Assembly (NCBI RefSeq): GCF_020969955.1
Contig: NZ_JAHDSX010000040.1
Location: 1 to 22,453, forward strand
DNA from: Allobaculum fili
GTDB lineage: Bacteria > Bacillota_I > Bacilli_A > Erysipelotrichales > Erysipelotrichaceae
Direction of reading: 5' to 3'
DNA length: 22,453 nt
In this document: piece by piece, positions 8,576 to 18,031 of the stretch
Position numbering within the stretch: the first letter of the stretch is position 1
How the letters are laid out: every line of letters begins with the position of its first letter
Made by a program: the position numbers and the translations under genes
The notes under the pieces: model-generated
What the model was told of the DNA's origin: nothing
Database searches by the model: none
What the model saw: only the letters and a program-made list of their open reading frames with translations

Positions 8576-9142
8576 TTATATACAATCCAGCTTTTTCTTT
8601 GTCTGGCGCATAGACTGAACAATCACCAGGGTAAGTTTCCAGAACAGCCATCCAAGGACAAAAACGATAGCCCCCATCAAAATCGAAAGGGGAAGAAATT
8701 CGATGGCACTTGCAGAATACGAGCCAATGTGAATTCCGATTTCTTTCATTTCATATCCCATGAAATGGGCTGCGAGTTTGACCACGCCCGCAAGCGGAAA
8801 AAGCGCTCCAGCTGCCATAAAGCCGATCCCGCTAAGGCCTGTAATGGGCAAAACAAACATACCGCCAAATCCTGCAAGGCTGTAAAAAGCAATTACAGCA
8901 CTCAGCCTACGCCAGCTAAAGCCTCTGCTTTTGGCAACAGCTTCTCCTGAATACGCTTTAGCAAGTTCCTTAGGATTTCCCAGGCGATTAAGAATCTGTT
9001 CTGCGGACATTCCGCGGGTATGCAGTTCCAGCATTTCACTTTTGATTTCTTTTACAATGTCGGCACGTTCGCAAGCAGTCATTGGGTTCAGACTGGTGTC
9101 GATTTTTTCGAGATATTCATTCAGTGATTTTTCCAGTTCCAT
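8576..9142 (-). CDS. DUF1700-like membrane protein (PadR-associated sensor/anchor type), 188 aa
   Basis: A soluble helical N-terminus (MELEKSLNEYLEKI...ERADIVKEIKSEMLE) is followed by several TM helices. It sits immediately downstream of padR and overlaps it, which is the usual partner arrangement. Confidence 0.7.
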   Translation of the reverse strand: MELEKSLNEYLEKIDTSLNPMTACERADIVKEIKSEMLELHTRGMSAEQILNRLGNPKELAKAYSGEAVAKSRGFSWRRLSAVIAFYSLAGFGGMFVLPITGLSGIGFMAAGALFPLAGVVKLAAHFMGYEMKEIGIHIGSYSASAIEFLPLSILMGAIVFVLGWLFWKLTLVIVQSMRQTKKKLDCI

Positions 9143-9479
9143 GGTCTTTGGCTCCTTTGGTTTCCTTAATCGCGTTTTGCAGATTTTCCCATTCCTCAGA
9201 CATGGCCAAAAGATATTCCATTCCCTTTTCGGTAATGGAATAGTACTTTCGCGGCGGCAGCCCCTCAGAACTCTCCTGCCAGAACGAGGAGATATATTCC
9301 TCTTTCATTAACCGTCTGAGCAGCGGATAAATCGTATTCTCTTTTGCGGCCAGAATCGGATACTTTTCCAGTGTGCTGATCATTTCATATCCATAGGATG
9401 GCTGCTGCTTTATCATTGCCAGAACGCAGAATTCCAGTGTCCCGCGCTTAATCTGGGATTTCCAATCCTCAATATTCAT
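9117..9479 (-). CDS. PadR-family transcriptional regulator, 120 aa
   Basis: Winged-helix PadR signature LEFCVLAMIKQQPSYGYEMISTL...IYPLLRRLMKEEYI...RKYYSITEKG. I chose the start MNIEDWK (ATG 9479) because AGGAGA lies 8 nt upstream. The 3' end overlaps the next gene by 26 nt. Confidence 0.85.
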   Translation of the reverse strand: MNIEDWKSQIKRGTLEFCVLAMIKQQPSYGYEMISTLEKYPILAAKENTIYPLLRRLMKEEYISSFWQESSEGLPPRKYYSITEKGMEYLLAMSEEWENLQNAIKETKGAKDHGTGKITE

Positions 9480-9504
9480 GTACGGTATCTCCTGTATATA
9501 CATC

Positions 9505-9518
9505 GTACTACACAGTAC
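9505..9518. promoter_or_regulatory. candidate PadR operator (inverted repeat)
   Basis: GTACT-acac-AGTAC palindrome about 25 nt upstream of the padR start, in the expected promoter region. Assigned by position only. Confidence 0.25.
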
Positions 9519-9775
9519 TTAAGAAGCCGATCGTATATCAAATAATTTATTTTTTAACTATATATGTATAAAACAGTCCGGCAACATCTCATCCCTTTCG
9601 CTGAATGCAAGAGAGGAAAGTCTCCTTTTCACTGCGCATTTACGAAAGACATCGCACAGAAATCAAGGACGATCGTCATAGATCCATAGATCGAAAGGGC
9701 GGCCTGAGAAGAAAGAACGCTGGTCGCAGAGATTTTCATCCCCTGGCCCGGCTGCTTTCCCTGCCGTTTCCTTTG

Positions 9776-9812
9776 CCAAAAGAAAAACCAGATTCTCTCG
9801 CAAAGAATCTGG
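9776..9812 (-). terminator. rho-independent terminator of cls
   Basis: On the minus strand CCAGATTCT-ttgcgag-AGAATCTGG is followed by TTTTTCTTTTGG. Confidence 0.7.
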
Positions 9813-9886
9813 CCTTCGTACACATTCAAAATGGAAACGGTGCAAGTCTTCTACAGAATAGAGCTCGCCCGTATTTGATCCCGCTT

Positions 9887-11422
9887 TTAGAGCAGCGGAG
9901 AGAAAATTTTAAGGAACAGACGATACTGACGAACAAACCAGTTGGTCTCTTCAATGGAAGAGAGCGTAATCAGTTTGGAATCACGGAAGATCTGTTCAAA
10001 ATCGCGTTCGATTTCGTCAATGCAGGCGGGATCGTACATCCACATGCCACATTCGTAGTTGGTGTAGTAGGAGCGGAAGTCCATGTTGACCGTTCCGGCC
10101 AGCGCATGTCTCGAATCGACAAGCGTGACTTTTCCATGTATGAATCCTGGGGTATATTCATACACCTTCACGCCCTTTTTCGTAAGAATTTCGGAGTTGG
10201 CCTTGGTGACTTCATACACAATTTTCTTGTCGGGGATACCAGGAACGACAATGCGTACGTCGACACCGTTCTGTACGGCCAGCTCCAGCATGCTGACCAT
10301 GTCGGAATCCAGAATCAGATACGGGGTAGTAATCCAGCATGTACGGTTGGCGGAGTTGATCAGGTTGAAATGGAATTTGCGGCCAAGCGTCTTGTCGTCG
10401 GTCGGCGAATCGAAAAACGGAATGACAAAGCCCTGATTTTTAAGCCGCGGAAACTCGCTTTCGTGCCGGATATAAAATTCATACGGCGTGTTTTCTGGCG
10501 AGTCGTAGTTCCACATCTGCAAAAACGCGATGACAAACGGTTCGACCGCCGGGCCCTCGACACAGACGCCCATGTCCTTCCAGTAGCCGAAGCGTTCAAT
10601 GCGGTTTACGTATTCGTCCGCGATGTTGCTTCCGCCGGTGAAGGCGATTTTTCCATCCACGATGATCGTCTTGCGATGGTCGCGGTTGTTCATCTGCATC
10701 GCCAGCTGCGGATGGATCGGATTAAAGGCGTGTACTTTTATTCCTTTCGCCTTCAGTCTGGCCTGAAAGTCTTCCGGAATGTTGATCAGGCAGCCAAAGT
10801 CATCGTAGATCAGACGGACATCGACGCCTTCGGCCACTTTCTGCTCCAGAACGGCGAGCAGCTCATCGAGCACGCTGCCTTCGTCGATGATGTACGTCTC
10901 GATGAAGATGTACTCTTCCGCCTTGCGAATGGCTTCCATGAAGCCTTCAAACTGCGCTTCGCCGGTCGGAAAATACCGGACGGCGGAATTGGTATAGACC
11001 GGGAAATAGCCGTTGTTCCAGGCCATGTCGGTCATTCGCCGCAGCACCGGATCCTGGATCTCGGACTGGTTGAGGGTTTTCAGATTCTGCTCCGCGTATT
11101 CCTGATAGTCCGCATAGGCCTGTCTGTCCTGAATCATCAGCGCTTTCGGAATCTTGGTACCGCCAAAGAGCAGATACAGCATGCCGCCAAAAAACGGAAG
11201 GGCCATGATCACAAAGACCCAGAGCAGTTTGGACGACGAGTCCGAATCGCGGTTGATGACCGCAATGGAGACAACGACGCTCAGCGCGAGCATCGTATAG
11301 TAAACAGGAAGAAACTCATGGGAAAAATACGTCAGTAAAAGAAGCAGGATCAGCAGCTGAAAGGCTAAAGCCGCAGCCAGATACAGGGCTTTGGACTTTA
11401 GAATTTTCTTAAAAAACTTCAC
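9887..11422 (-). CDS. cls: cardiolipin synthase (PLD superfamily)
   Basis: Two N-terminal TM helices and two HKD motifs (HRKTIIVDG...GGSNIADEY and HGKVTLVD). I prefer the GTG at 11422 because AGGAGG lies 6 nt upstream. The in-frame ATG at 11446 has no SD but cannot be excluded. Confidence 0.9.
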   Translation of the reverse strand: MKFFKKILKSKALYLAAALAFQLLILLLLLTYFSHEFLPVYYTMLALSVVVSIAVINRDSDSSSKLLWVFVIMALPFFGGMLYLLFGGTKIPKALMIQDRQAYADYQEYAEQNLKTLNQSEIQDPVLRRMTDMAWNNGYFPVYTNSAVRYFPTGEAQFEGFMEAIRKAEEYIFIETYIIDEGSVLDELLAVLEQKVAEGVDVRLIYDDFGCLINIPEDFQARLKAKGIKVHAFNPIHPQLAMQMNNRDHRKTIIVDGKIAFTGGSNIADEYVNRIERFGYWKDMGVCVEGPAVEPFVIAFLQMWNYDSPENTPYEFYIRHESEFPRLKNQGFVIPFFDSPTDDKTLGRKFHFNLINSANRTCWITTPYLILDSDMVSMLELAVQNGVDVRIVVPGIPDKKIVYEVTKANSEILTKKGVKVYEYTPGFIHGKVTLVDSRHALAGTVNMDFRSYYTNYECGMWMYDPACIDEIERDFEQIFRDSKLITLSSIEETNWFVRQYRLFLKIFSPLL

Positions 11423-11844
11423 ACTCTGCCTCCTCTTTTCAAACATGTGAACAATTCACTATTGACTTAGTATAACAAGCTTTCCACGGAGTTTCCCTAG
11501 GGAATTCTTAAGGGATTGCTAAGAGTTCGCAAACCTCAAAAGACGCCAGACATCCACTCATGCATCACAAAGCGCCCAAATGCCGGCATCAGCCGGCAGA
11601 CCGTCAAAAAATCCACTACAATATCGATGAGCGCAGTCAAAGGCCGGCGCGCCCTGCGAAAAACCTGTCTGATCAAGCCGACAGAATTGCAGAGTCTGTA
11701 TACCTGATAAAAAGAAAACAGGAAAATTTTTTTCAAAAGCAGGATTCAATATCCTGTCTGATGCGAAACCTGAGTCTGGCCTTCGCGCTGCATACGGCTG
11801 CATTCAGCCCTTAACCATACACAGTACAAGGAGTGTATCTCCCT

Positions 11845-13974
11845 ATGAAAACTAAGAAATACCCCTTTACCCAGAACCGCGAAATCAGCTGGCTGAAATT
11901 CAACCAGCGCGTTCTCGAAGAAGCTGCCGATCCGTCGGTCGAACTTCTGGAACGCATGAAATTTGCGGCGATTTTCACGTCCAACCTGGATGAGTTTTTC
12001 ATGGTCCGGGCAGGATCCTTAATGGATATGTCTCTGGTCGATAACGATCAGATCGATTCAAAAAGCGGCATGTCCCCTTCCGAACAGCTGCAGGCGATTT
12101 ACGAAGAATCCGCCAGACTGTATAAAATGCGGGACAACGTCCTTCACAATCTGCGCAAGACGCTTCGCGAAGTCCAGATCCAGCCGATGTCCATGAAAAA
12201 TCTGAACAAGAAGCAGTCCAAGCTGATCGCGAAATATTTTGAAAGCGATCTGGCTCCGCTTCTCGCTCCGCAGATCATCGACGTTCACCATCCCTTCCCG
12301 TTTCTGATCAACAAGGAACTGTACATTTTCTTTTCGATTATCGAAAACGGAAAGACGCGCTACGGCATCGTTCCGATTCCGTCCTATTTGCCGCGCATCA
12401 TTTATCTCAACGAAGAGAAAACCGAATTCATGCTCGTTGAAAATGTCGTCCTCGCCTTTCTCGAAAAGATGTTTCCTAAATCCCGGATTCCCTTCAAGAC
12501 GATCATTCGCGTAACCCGCAACGCGGACATCAACCTGAACAGCGCCGACATTGAAGACGATGAAGACTATCGCTCCTACATGAAGACGATTCTCAAAAAG
12601 CGCATGCGTCTTTCTCCGATTCGTCTGGAAATCTACCGGGATACTGATCCAGCTGCAGTGGACTATCTTTGCCGGCAGCTGCATCTGTCCAAGGCGCAGG
12701 TCTTCCTGTCCAAGCGTTCCCCGCTCGATCTTTCGTACGTTTTCCCGCTGATCGACGCGCTGCCCGCGGATATTCGCAAGGCCCTTTCCTACAAGCCGTT
12801 TGTCGCCCAGACGGACCGCCGTCTGAATCCGGAAGAACCGCTCATTCCGCAGATTCTCGATCATGACGTTCTGCTTTCCTATCCGTATCAGGACATTGAT
12901 CAGTTCATCCGACTGCTTGATGAAGCGGCGACAAATCCGGACGTGCTCTCCATTTCGATCACCATTTATCGACTGGCGAAAAACTCCAAAATTGTCCGGG
13001 CCCTCTGCCGCGCCGCGGAAAACAGCAAAAATGTCACCGTCCTGATGGAACTGCGTGCCCGCTTTGACGAACAGAACAACATTCAGGCCGCTGAACGTCT
13101 CGAAGAAAGCGGCGTCAGCGTTTTCTACGGCTTTGAAGACTACAAAGTCCACTCCAAGCTCATGCAGATTACCCTCAAATCCCGCGGAAAAATCCGTACG
13201 ATCACCCAGATCGGTACCGGCAACTACAACGAGAAAACGAGCCGGCAGTACACGGATTTCTCGCTCATTACCGCGGATGAGCAGATTGGTCAGGACGCGA
13301 CTGAATTTTTCAAGAACATGAACGTCGGCAACCTGGCCGGTTCGTACAAGAAGCTGATCGTTTCCCCGTTCGGTCTGAAAAACGCGATTTTACAGAAGCT
13401 GGACGAACAGATTGCGCTCGCAAAAGCCGGAAAGCCGGCCAGAGCCTGGTTCAAGATGAACTCGCTGACCGACCTCGATCTGATCGCCAAACTGTCCGAA
13501 GCCTCTCAGGCTGGGGTCGATATTAAAATGATCGTTCGCGGCATCTGCTGCATTCTGCCCGGACTCGAAGGCTATACCGATCACATTGAAATTCACTCCG
13601 TAGTCGGCCGCTTTCTTGAACACGGACGCATTTACATCTTCGGCATCGGCGAATCGTGCGAAGTGTACATCGCTTCCGCCGATTTCATGACCCGCAACAC
13701 CGAGCGCCGCGTAGAAGTCGGTGTTCCCATCGAAGATCCGCAGCTGAAAAAGGAGCTGCTCGAGTATTTTGAAACGCAGTTTAACGACAGTCTGAAAGGA
13801 CGCCGTCTGCTCCCTTCCGGCTCCTATACGAAAATTTCGCCCGAAGGCGATGAGATGATCAACAGCCAGCAGGCCTTTATCGAAAAGGCGAAGGAATACA
13901 AGTACATTTCAGCTCCTGCTCCCAAAATGAGTTCCCTGTTTGCACGCCTCTTCTCGCATCATCACAAATCCTGA
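11845..13974 (+). CDS. ppk1: polyphosphate kinase 1, 709 aa
   Basis: N-terminal NREISWLKFNQRVLEEA, the phosphohistidine region YKVHSKLMQI, and C-terminal PLD-like domains (GRFLEHGRIYIF). I prefer the ATG at 11845 over the GTG at 11833, which lies inside the AAGGAG box. Confidence 0.92.
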   Translation: MKTKKYPFTQNREISWLKFNQRVLEEAADPSVELLERMKFAAIFTSNLDEFFMVRAGSLMDMSLVDNDQIDSKSGMSPSEQLQAIYEESARLYKMRDNVLHNLRKTLREVQIQPMSMKNLNKKQSKLIAKYFESDLAPLLAPQIIDVHHPFPFLINKELYIFFSIIENGKTRYGIVPIPSYLPRIIYLNEEKTEFMLVENVVLAFLEKMFPKSRIPFKTIIRVTRNADINLNSADIEDDEDYRSYMKTILKKRMRLSPIRLEIYRDTDPAAVDYLCRQLHLSKAQVFLSKRSPLDLSYVFPLIDALPADIRKALSYKPFVAQTDRRLNPEEPLIPQILDHDVLLSYPYQDIDQFIRLLDEAATNPDVLSISITIYRLAKNSKIVRALCRAAENSKNVTVLMELRARFDEQNNIQAAERLEESGVSVFYGFEDYKVHSKLMQITLKSRGKIRTITQIGTGNYNEKTSRQYTDFSLITADEQIGQDATEFFKNMNVGNLAGSYKKLIVSPFGLKNAILQKLDEQIALAKAGKPARAWFKMNSLTDLDLIAKLSEASQAGVDIKMIVRGICCILPGLEGYTDHIEIHSVVGRFLEHGRIYIFGIGESCEVYIASADFMTRNTERRVEVGVPIEDPQLKKELLEYFETQFNDSLKGRRLLPSGSYTKISPEGDEMINSQQAFIEKAKEYKYISAPAPKMSSLFARLFSHHHKS

Positions 13975-13978
13975 AATC

Positions 13979-14005
13979 AGCCGGCTCTGGCCGGCTTTTC
14001 TGTTT
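13979..14005 (+). terminator. rho-independent terminator of ppk1
   Basis: AGCCGGC-tctg-GCCGGCT followed by TTTCTGTTT, 5 nt after the stop. Confidence 0.75.
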
Positions 14006-14228
14006 GAGCTGCGATCCTGCGTTCTGCTCGATTCGGTTCGATGAAGACACGCTGTCCTCTCCAAAACGATTTGTGCAGCAAAATCCCGGACAAGGCGAAT
14101 CATCTTAAGGATTACGATGCAGGCGAAAAAGGTTAATATGGTTCTTGTCACAAAAAAAAGCACCGGTCCAAACCGACCGGATTCATTTAAAAACGCGCAA
14201 TACGCCTTAACGAAAGGAAGACGGAAGT

Positions 14229-15455
14229 ATGAATAAAAAAGATCTCTCCGAAATCAAGCGGCAGCTCAAGCCCGAAAATGAGCGCCTGATTTTAAAGGGC
14301 ATTCAGGAAGCCTATGGAAAATACCGGGATGAAGAAGCCCACCTTCTCTTTACCCGCCTCATCGATCCGGAAACGCTCAGCACAGAAGAAGAAGACTTGT
14401 ATTTTGAGATTTTCCGTAAAAGTCTTTCGGGAACGCCGGGCAAAAACCTGATGGAATATACGTTTGATCCCATGGATCCGCAGGCGGTCGAACTGCAGAA
14501 AACACTGTTTGACTACCGCAACGGAACCCTGCTCGAGCCGGAAGTGTTCGACCGCTATGCGTCCGAACTGATTGAAAAAGGTAATTATCGAAACAGCGTA
14601 TATGTAACGGTCGGCATCTTCGAATACGCTGCACCCAATCTGAATGCGAACCGGGAAGAACTGGAAGGCAATACGACGTATCGTTTCATGATTACCGCCA
14701 TCAGCGAAGCCAGACTGACCGATATCGGTCTGTTCTATTCCACAAAGGATAACTGCGTTTCCCGCAAGGTTAACGAAGAAATGCAGATCATTCCTTCCCC
14801 GCTCGACGCGTTCCTGTATCCATCCTTCAGCGAACGCGCCGCAGACGTCAACCATTTCCTTTATCATTCCAAAACCGCGAAAAAGCCGAACATCGATCTG
14901 ATTGAACAGTTTTTCCACATTCCGTTCCAGTCGACGGCACCCGAACAGGCCGACGGCTTTGCGCAGGTCATTGCGGATGTATTCCCGCAGGGACTTGATG
15001 TCAAAACGGCCATTCAGTTCCACCGCAACGTCTCCGACTTTATTCAAGAGGGAACGGAAGAAGACGCGGTCGTCAAAGTCGATAAAGCGAGAGTGCACGA
15101 TCTGCTCGATGCGTCCGGAGCAATGGCGGAAAACATGGAACATTTTGATTCCGCGTATACCCGCATTCTGGAAGATCAGGAACTGGCTGCCGTCAACCTC
15201 GTGGAAAAAGGCAAAGTCAGCCTGAAATCCCCAGCCATTACAGTCTCGATTAAGGACGATGCCCTCGATCAGGTGCAGACCCGGGTAATCGATGGAAAAA
15301 GCTGCCTCGTCATTGAAATTACCGACGAGCTGAAAATTTCTAATCTGCCCGGAACGCTCATCGAGCCGGAACCGAAAAAGGAAGTCCGCGTGATTTCACC
15401 TGAAACCGATACACCCAAAGACAATTCGGATCACGGCGACTTTTTCCAGTCCTGA
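14229..15455 (+). CDS. conserved hypothetical protein, probably DUF4317 family, 408 aa
   Basis: MNKKDLSEIKRQLKPEN..., YFEIFRKSLSGTPGKNL and LYPSFSERAADVNHFLYHSK resemble my memory of clostridial DUF4317 proteins. It is an acidic, soluble protein with its own terminator. Confidence 0.75.
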   Translation: MNKKDLSEIKRQLKPENERLILKGIQEAYGKYRDEEAHLLFTRLIDPETLSTEEEDLYFEIFRKSLSGTPGKNLMEYTFDPMDPQAVELQKTLFDYRNGTLLEPEVFDRYASELIEKGNYRNSVYVTVGIFEYAAPNLNANREELEGNTTYRFMITAISEARLTDIGLFYSTKDNCVSRKVNEEMQIIPSPLDAFLYPSFSERAADVNHFLYHSKTAKKPNIDLIEQFFHIPFQSTAPEQADGFAQVIADVFPQGLDVKTAIQFHRNVSDFIQEGTEEDAVVKVDKARVHDLLDASGAMAENMEHFDSAYTRILEDQELAAVNLVEKGKVSLKSPAITVSIKDDALDQVQTRVIDGKSCLVIEITDELKISNLPGTLIEPEPKKEVRVISPETDTPKDNSDHGDFFQS

Positions 15456-15482
15456 TTCAACGAATAACAAAATGAAACAGAA

Positions 15483-15534
15483 AGAGCTCTGCGTTCGCCT
15501 TTCCTCTTTGGGAAAGCGAAGCAGAGCTCTTTTG
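15483..15534. terminator. bidirectional terminator shared by the convergent DUF4317-like and AIM24 genes
   Basis: About 20-bp bulged stem AGAGCTCTGCgTTCGCcTTTCC-tctttg-GGAAAGCGAAGCAGAGCTCT. TTTT follows on the plus strand and TTCTGTTTCATTTT follows on the minus strand. Confidence 0.75.
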
Positions 15535-15591
15535 AACTGGACACAGCCAGCGATCGAACTTTCCGTTTGGCAAAAAGCGATCGCTTTTGAA

Positions 15592-16269
15592 TTACTTGCT
15601 GGAAGGCAGGCAGGAAGCCACGGCTGCTGCAAGGTTGGAAAGCGGCATCGTCTGCAAAACGACTTTGCCAGGACCGGTAATGACGGTGTTGAAGAAGCCT
15701 TCGCCGCCGAACAGTTTGTTTTTTACGCCTTTAACCGTCTCCACATCGATCGAACAGGTCGAATCGATCATTGCTACGTTTCCGGTATCGACGATCAGCT
15801 TTTCGCCTGGACGCAGCGTATACGTGTAGTCGGATCCGTCGATTTCCAGAAACACAATACCCGGACCGGTGATCTGCTGCATGATGAACCCTTCCCCGGA
15901 GAAGAATCCGCTCATGCCCTTTTTCTGAAAGAAGGTAGAAAGCGTTACTTCCGGCGTGCTGGCCAGAAACGCCCCCTTCTGCGCGACGATGGATTCGCCT
16001 GGAGCCAGAATTACCGGTGTGATGCTTCCTGGAAAGGAGGAGCCAAAGGTCACCATACCCGGAACGTCCATTGCGGTATAGACGTTCTGGAAAATGCTTT
16101 CGCCGGTAAACATGCGGCCAAAAGCTTTCCCGAGGCTGGTTCCGCGCGTTTCCATATTCATGTTTGGTGTCATCCAGATCATGGATCCTTTTTCCGTGAT
16201 CATGGATTCGTTCGTTTCAAGGTGGCAGATGACACAGGGAAAGTCACCGCCGACAATTTCATATTTCAT
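15592..16269 (-). CDS. AIM24 / TIGR00266 (DUF124) family protein, 225 aa
   Basis: MKYEIVGGDFPCVICHLETNESMITEKGSMIWM..., FTGESIF, GEGFIMQQITGPGIVFLE and FGGEGFFNTVITGPGKVVLQTMP are typical of this family. AAGGGAGA lies upstream. Confidence 0.85.
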   Translation of the reverse strand: MKYEIVGGDFPCVICHLETNESMITEKGSMIWMTPNMNMETRGTSLGKAFGRMFTGESIFQNVYTAMDVPGMVTFGSSFPGSITPVILAPGESIVAQKGAFLASTPEVTLSTFFQKKGMSGFFSGEGFIMQQITGPGIVFLEIDGSDYTYTLRPGEKLIVDTGNVAMIDSTCSIDVETVKGVKNKLFGGEGFFNTVITGPGKVVLQTMPLSNLAAAVASCLPSSK

Positions 16270-16300
16270 ACGTATCTCCCTTTTTTAACTTTGCATTGGG

Positions 16301-16344
16301 AATACAGAAAAATCCTGTTTCCTTCCGCTTCAGAAACAGGATTT
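16301..16344 (-). terminator. hairpin/terminator between the HAD gene and the AIM24 gene
   Basis: 12-bp stem AAATCCTGTTTC-(11 nt)-GAAACAGGATTT, followed by TTCTGTATT on the minus strand. It leaves only about 35 nt before the AIM24 start, so read-through or a regulatory role is possible. Confidence 0.45.
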
Positions 16345-16478
16345 CATACTTTGTATAGTCAAACAATCTATCGTTTCGCAGCCTGTACAGGTTCATCCGT
16401 TTTCCACGCAAAATGAACGATATCCCGCGAAACAAACCCGACAGGTTAAGCGAATTCTAAGAATTTTTCTGGAACACT

Positions 16479-17276
16479 TTAATGTCCGGCGTCCTGCCAG
16501 GCCTGAAGAAATTCATTCCAGTCATGGATTTCGCAGACCGTCGGATGACTCTCTTTTTCGAACGGATCGTGCTGGCGGTTGACGCGAATCCATAAGGACG
16601 GCGCGCCAAAGGCGATCGCACCGAGAATGTCCGCTTTCCACGAATCGCCGATGACCAGAATTTCATCTGGCAACAGCGTCTTGCCAAGCGCCTTGCAGGT
16701 GCGGGCGTACACTTTTTGAAAATACGACAAGTCCGGTTTGGAAACGCCAAATTCGTCCGAAGTATAAATTTCCGTAAACAGCGTATCCATTCCCGCCGCT
16801 TTCAGCCGTTTATACTGACCGCTCTGCTTGCCGTTAGTCACGATAAATAACGGCAGACCGGCTGTTTTCAAAGCTTCTAGTCCTTCGAGCGCTTTGGGCA
16901 TCGGATGGTTTCCTTCATAAAGCTGATGGTGGAACGTTTCCTCAAAGCCTTCGGGTACGGTCCGCTCAAGACCAAACGCCTTGAACAGATGGACAAACCG
17001 GGTTTTGCGCATTTCATCGCGCGTCATTTCTCCCGATTCGATGTGATCCCACAGGCAGGCGTTTTCTCTTAAAAAGATCGGATAGTACGCTTCCGTCCAT
17101 TCGATGCCAAACTTTTGAAACGCATAAACCATCGCGTCCCGCGCGCACAGATCAAAACTCAGCAGCGTCTGATCGATATCGATCCAGACCGCCTGAATCT
17201 TTCCGTTTTTCAAAAGCGAAATCAGCCTGGACAGCGACAGGCTGGGTGTTTCTGCTCTGTTTTCCAATTCACTCAT
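16479..17276 (-). CDS. HAD-IA family hydrolase (YjjG-like nucleotidase type)
   Basis: HAD motifs: I WIDIDQTLL, II FIVTNG, III SKPD, IV IGDSWKADILGA. The start is uncertain. ATG 17276 (MSELENR) is chosen. ATG 17312 is an alternative. The track start at 17465 lies beyond a terminator and is unlikely. Confidence 0.75.
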   Translation of the reverse strand: MSELENRAETPSLSLSRLISLLKNGKIQAVWIDIDQTLLSFDLCARDAMVYAFQKFGIEWTEAYYPIFLRENACLWDHIESGEMTRDEMRKTRFVHLFKAFGLERTVPEGFEETFHHQLYEGNHPMPKALEGLEALKTAGLPLFIVTNGKQSGQYKRLKAAGMDTLFTEIYTSDEFGVSKPDLSYFQKVYARTCKALGKTLLPDEILVIGDSWKADILGAIAFGAPSLWIRVNRQHDPFEKESHPTVCEIHDWNEFLQAWQDAGH

Positions 17277-17396
17277 GATTTCAGTATAAGCGCCGGCTTT
17301 GTATTTTCGCATTCGACGCTGTATTTCTCCTTCTTTCGCAAAAAGCCCTGTCGTTCCAAACAGCAAGTTGAGCCGCTGTAACCCGAGAAAAATCCA

Positions 17397-17453
17397 TGAA
17401 AAAGGAGCCGATTGAACGATTCGACACGGCTGGTCGACCGTGCATACGGCTCC
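17397..17453 (-). terminator. terminator of the flavodoxin-like gene
   Basis: Outer stem GGAGCCG...CGGCTCC encloses inner stem CACGG...CCGTG. It is followed by TTTTTCATGG on the minus strand. Confidence 0.55.
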
Positions 17454-17524
17454 TGATTTCTGCATTCGGTTTGAAATTCATCCTTCGATCTCGAAAGGAT
17501 AAACGAATTGATAAGGATGGCGAG

Positions 17525-18031
17525 TTACAGGGAGATGCCCAGACGATACACTTCCTGATAAGCCGGATGGGCGATGATGTCGCCTTTTTGCATGACATTG
17601 GATCCATAAACGATCGAAACGACACGGCTGGTCGGCAGCGAATCCGTAAAGCCGGTCAGAGAGTTCACGGCTTCTTCCATTTCCGAGCGGTTAACCGGTG
17701 CGGTCAGGAAGAAGTAGAAGTCCTTGGCGTCGAAGCCGCTGAAGTAAGGGGTCATGCGGTCGATGAATGTTTTCATCATGCCGGACATCGTATAGAAATA
17801 GACCGGAGTTGCCAGAACGATGACATCCGAATCCTGAATGAGCGATACGTACTGATCGACATCATCGGGCTGCTGGTCTTCCCGGTAAAAGTCAAAATTC
17901 TGGTCCTTCAGATTGATCCGTACAATCTGATTTTCCGGATTTTCGGAAGCGCCGCGAATGAATTCTGTGCAAAGCAGATCGCAGTTTCCGTTTTCCCGGG
18001 GAGAGGAATTCACCACAATAATCTTTTTCAT
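17525..18031 (-). CDS. flavodoxin-like fold NAD(P)H-dependent FMN reductase family protein, 168 aa
   Basis: MKKIIVVNSSPRENGN... and LATPVYFYTMSGMMKTFIDR are typical of the family. I chose ATG 18031 because AAGGAGA lies 6 nt upstream. A perfect minus-strand TATAAT sits at 18081-18076. Confidence 0.85.
   Translation of the reverse strand: MKKIIVVNSSPRENGNCDLLCTEFIRGASENPENQIVRINLKDQNFDFYREDQQPDDVDQYVSLIQDSDVIVLATPVYFYTMSGMMKTFIDRMTPYFSGFDAKDFYFFLTAPVNRSEMEEAVNSLTGFTDSLPTSRVVSIVYGSNVMQKGDIIAHPAYQEVYRLGISL

Noticed and set aside
9677-9692. Tandem repeat CATAGATC x2 and other short repeats, considered as a CRISPR or minisatellite
   Set aside because: There are only two 8-nt copies, with no spacer-repeat periodicity anywhere in the window.
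9605-11338. 577-aa plus-strand ORF antisense to cls
   Set aside because: Same shadow-ORF pattern. The minus strand carries two HKD motifs and TM helices. The plus-strand product is repetitive and basic, and it starts in an intergenic terminator region.
14153-14190. Minus-strand terminator-like hairpin (CCGGT-cggtttgg-ACCGG followed by a T8 run) upstream of the DUF4317-like gene
   Set aside because: The stem is only 5 bp and no minus-strand gene reads into it. The A8 run is more simply part of the AT-rich promoter region.
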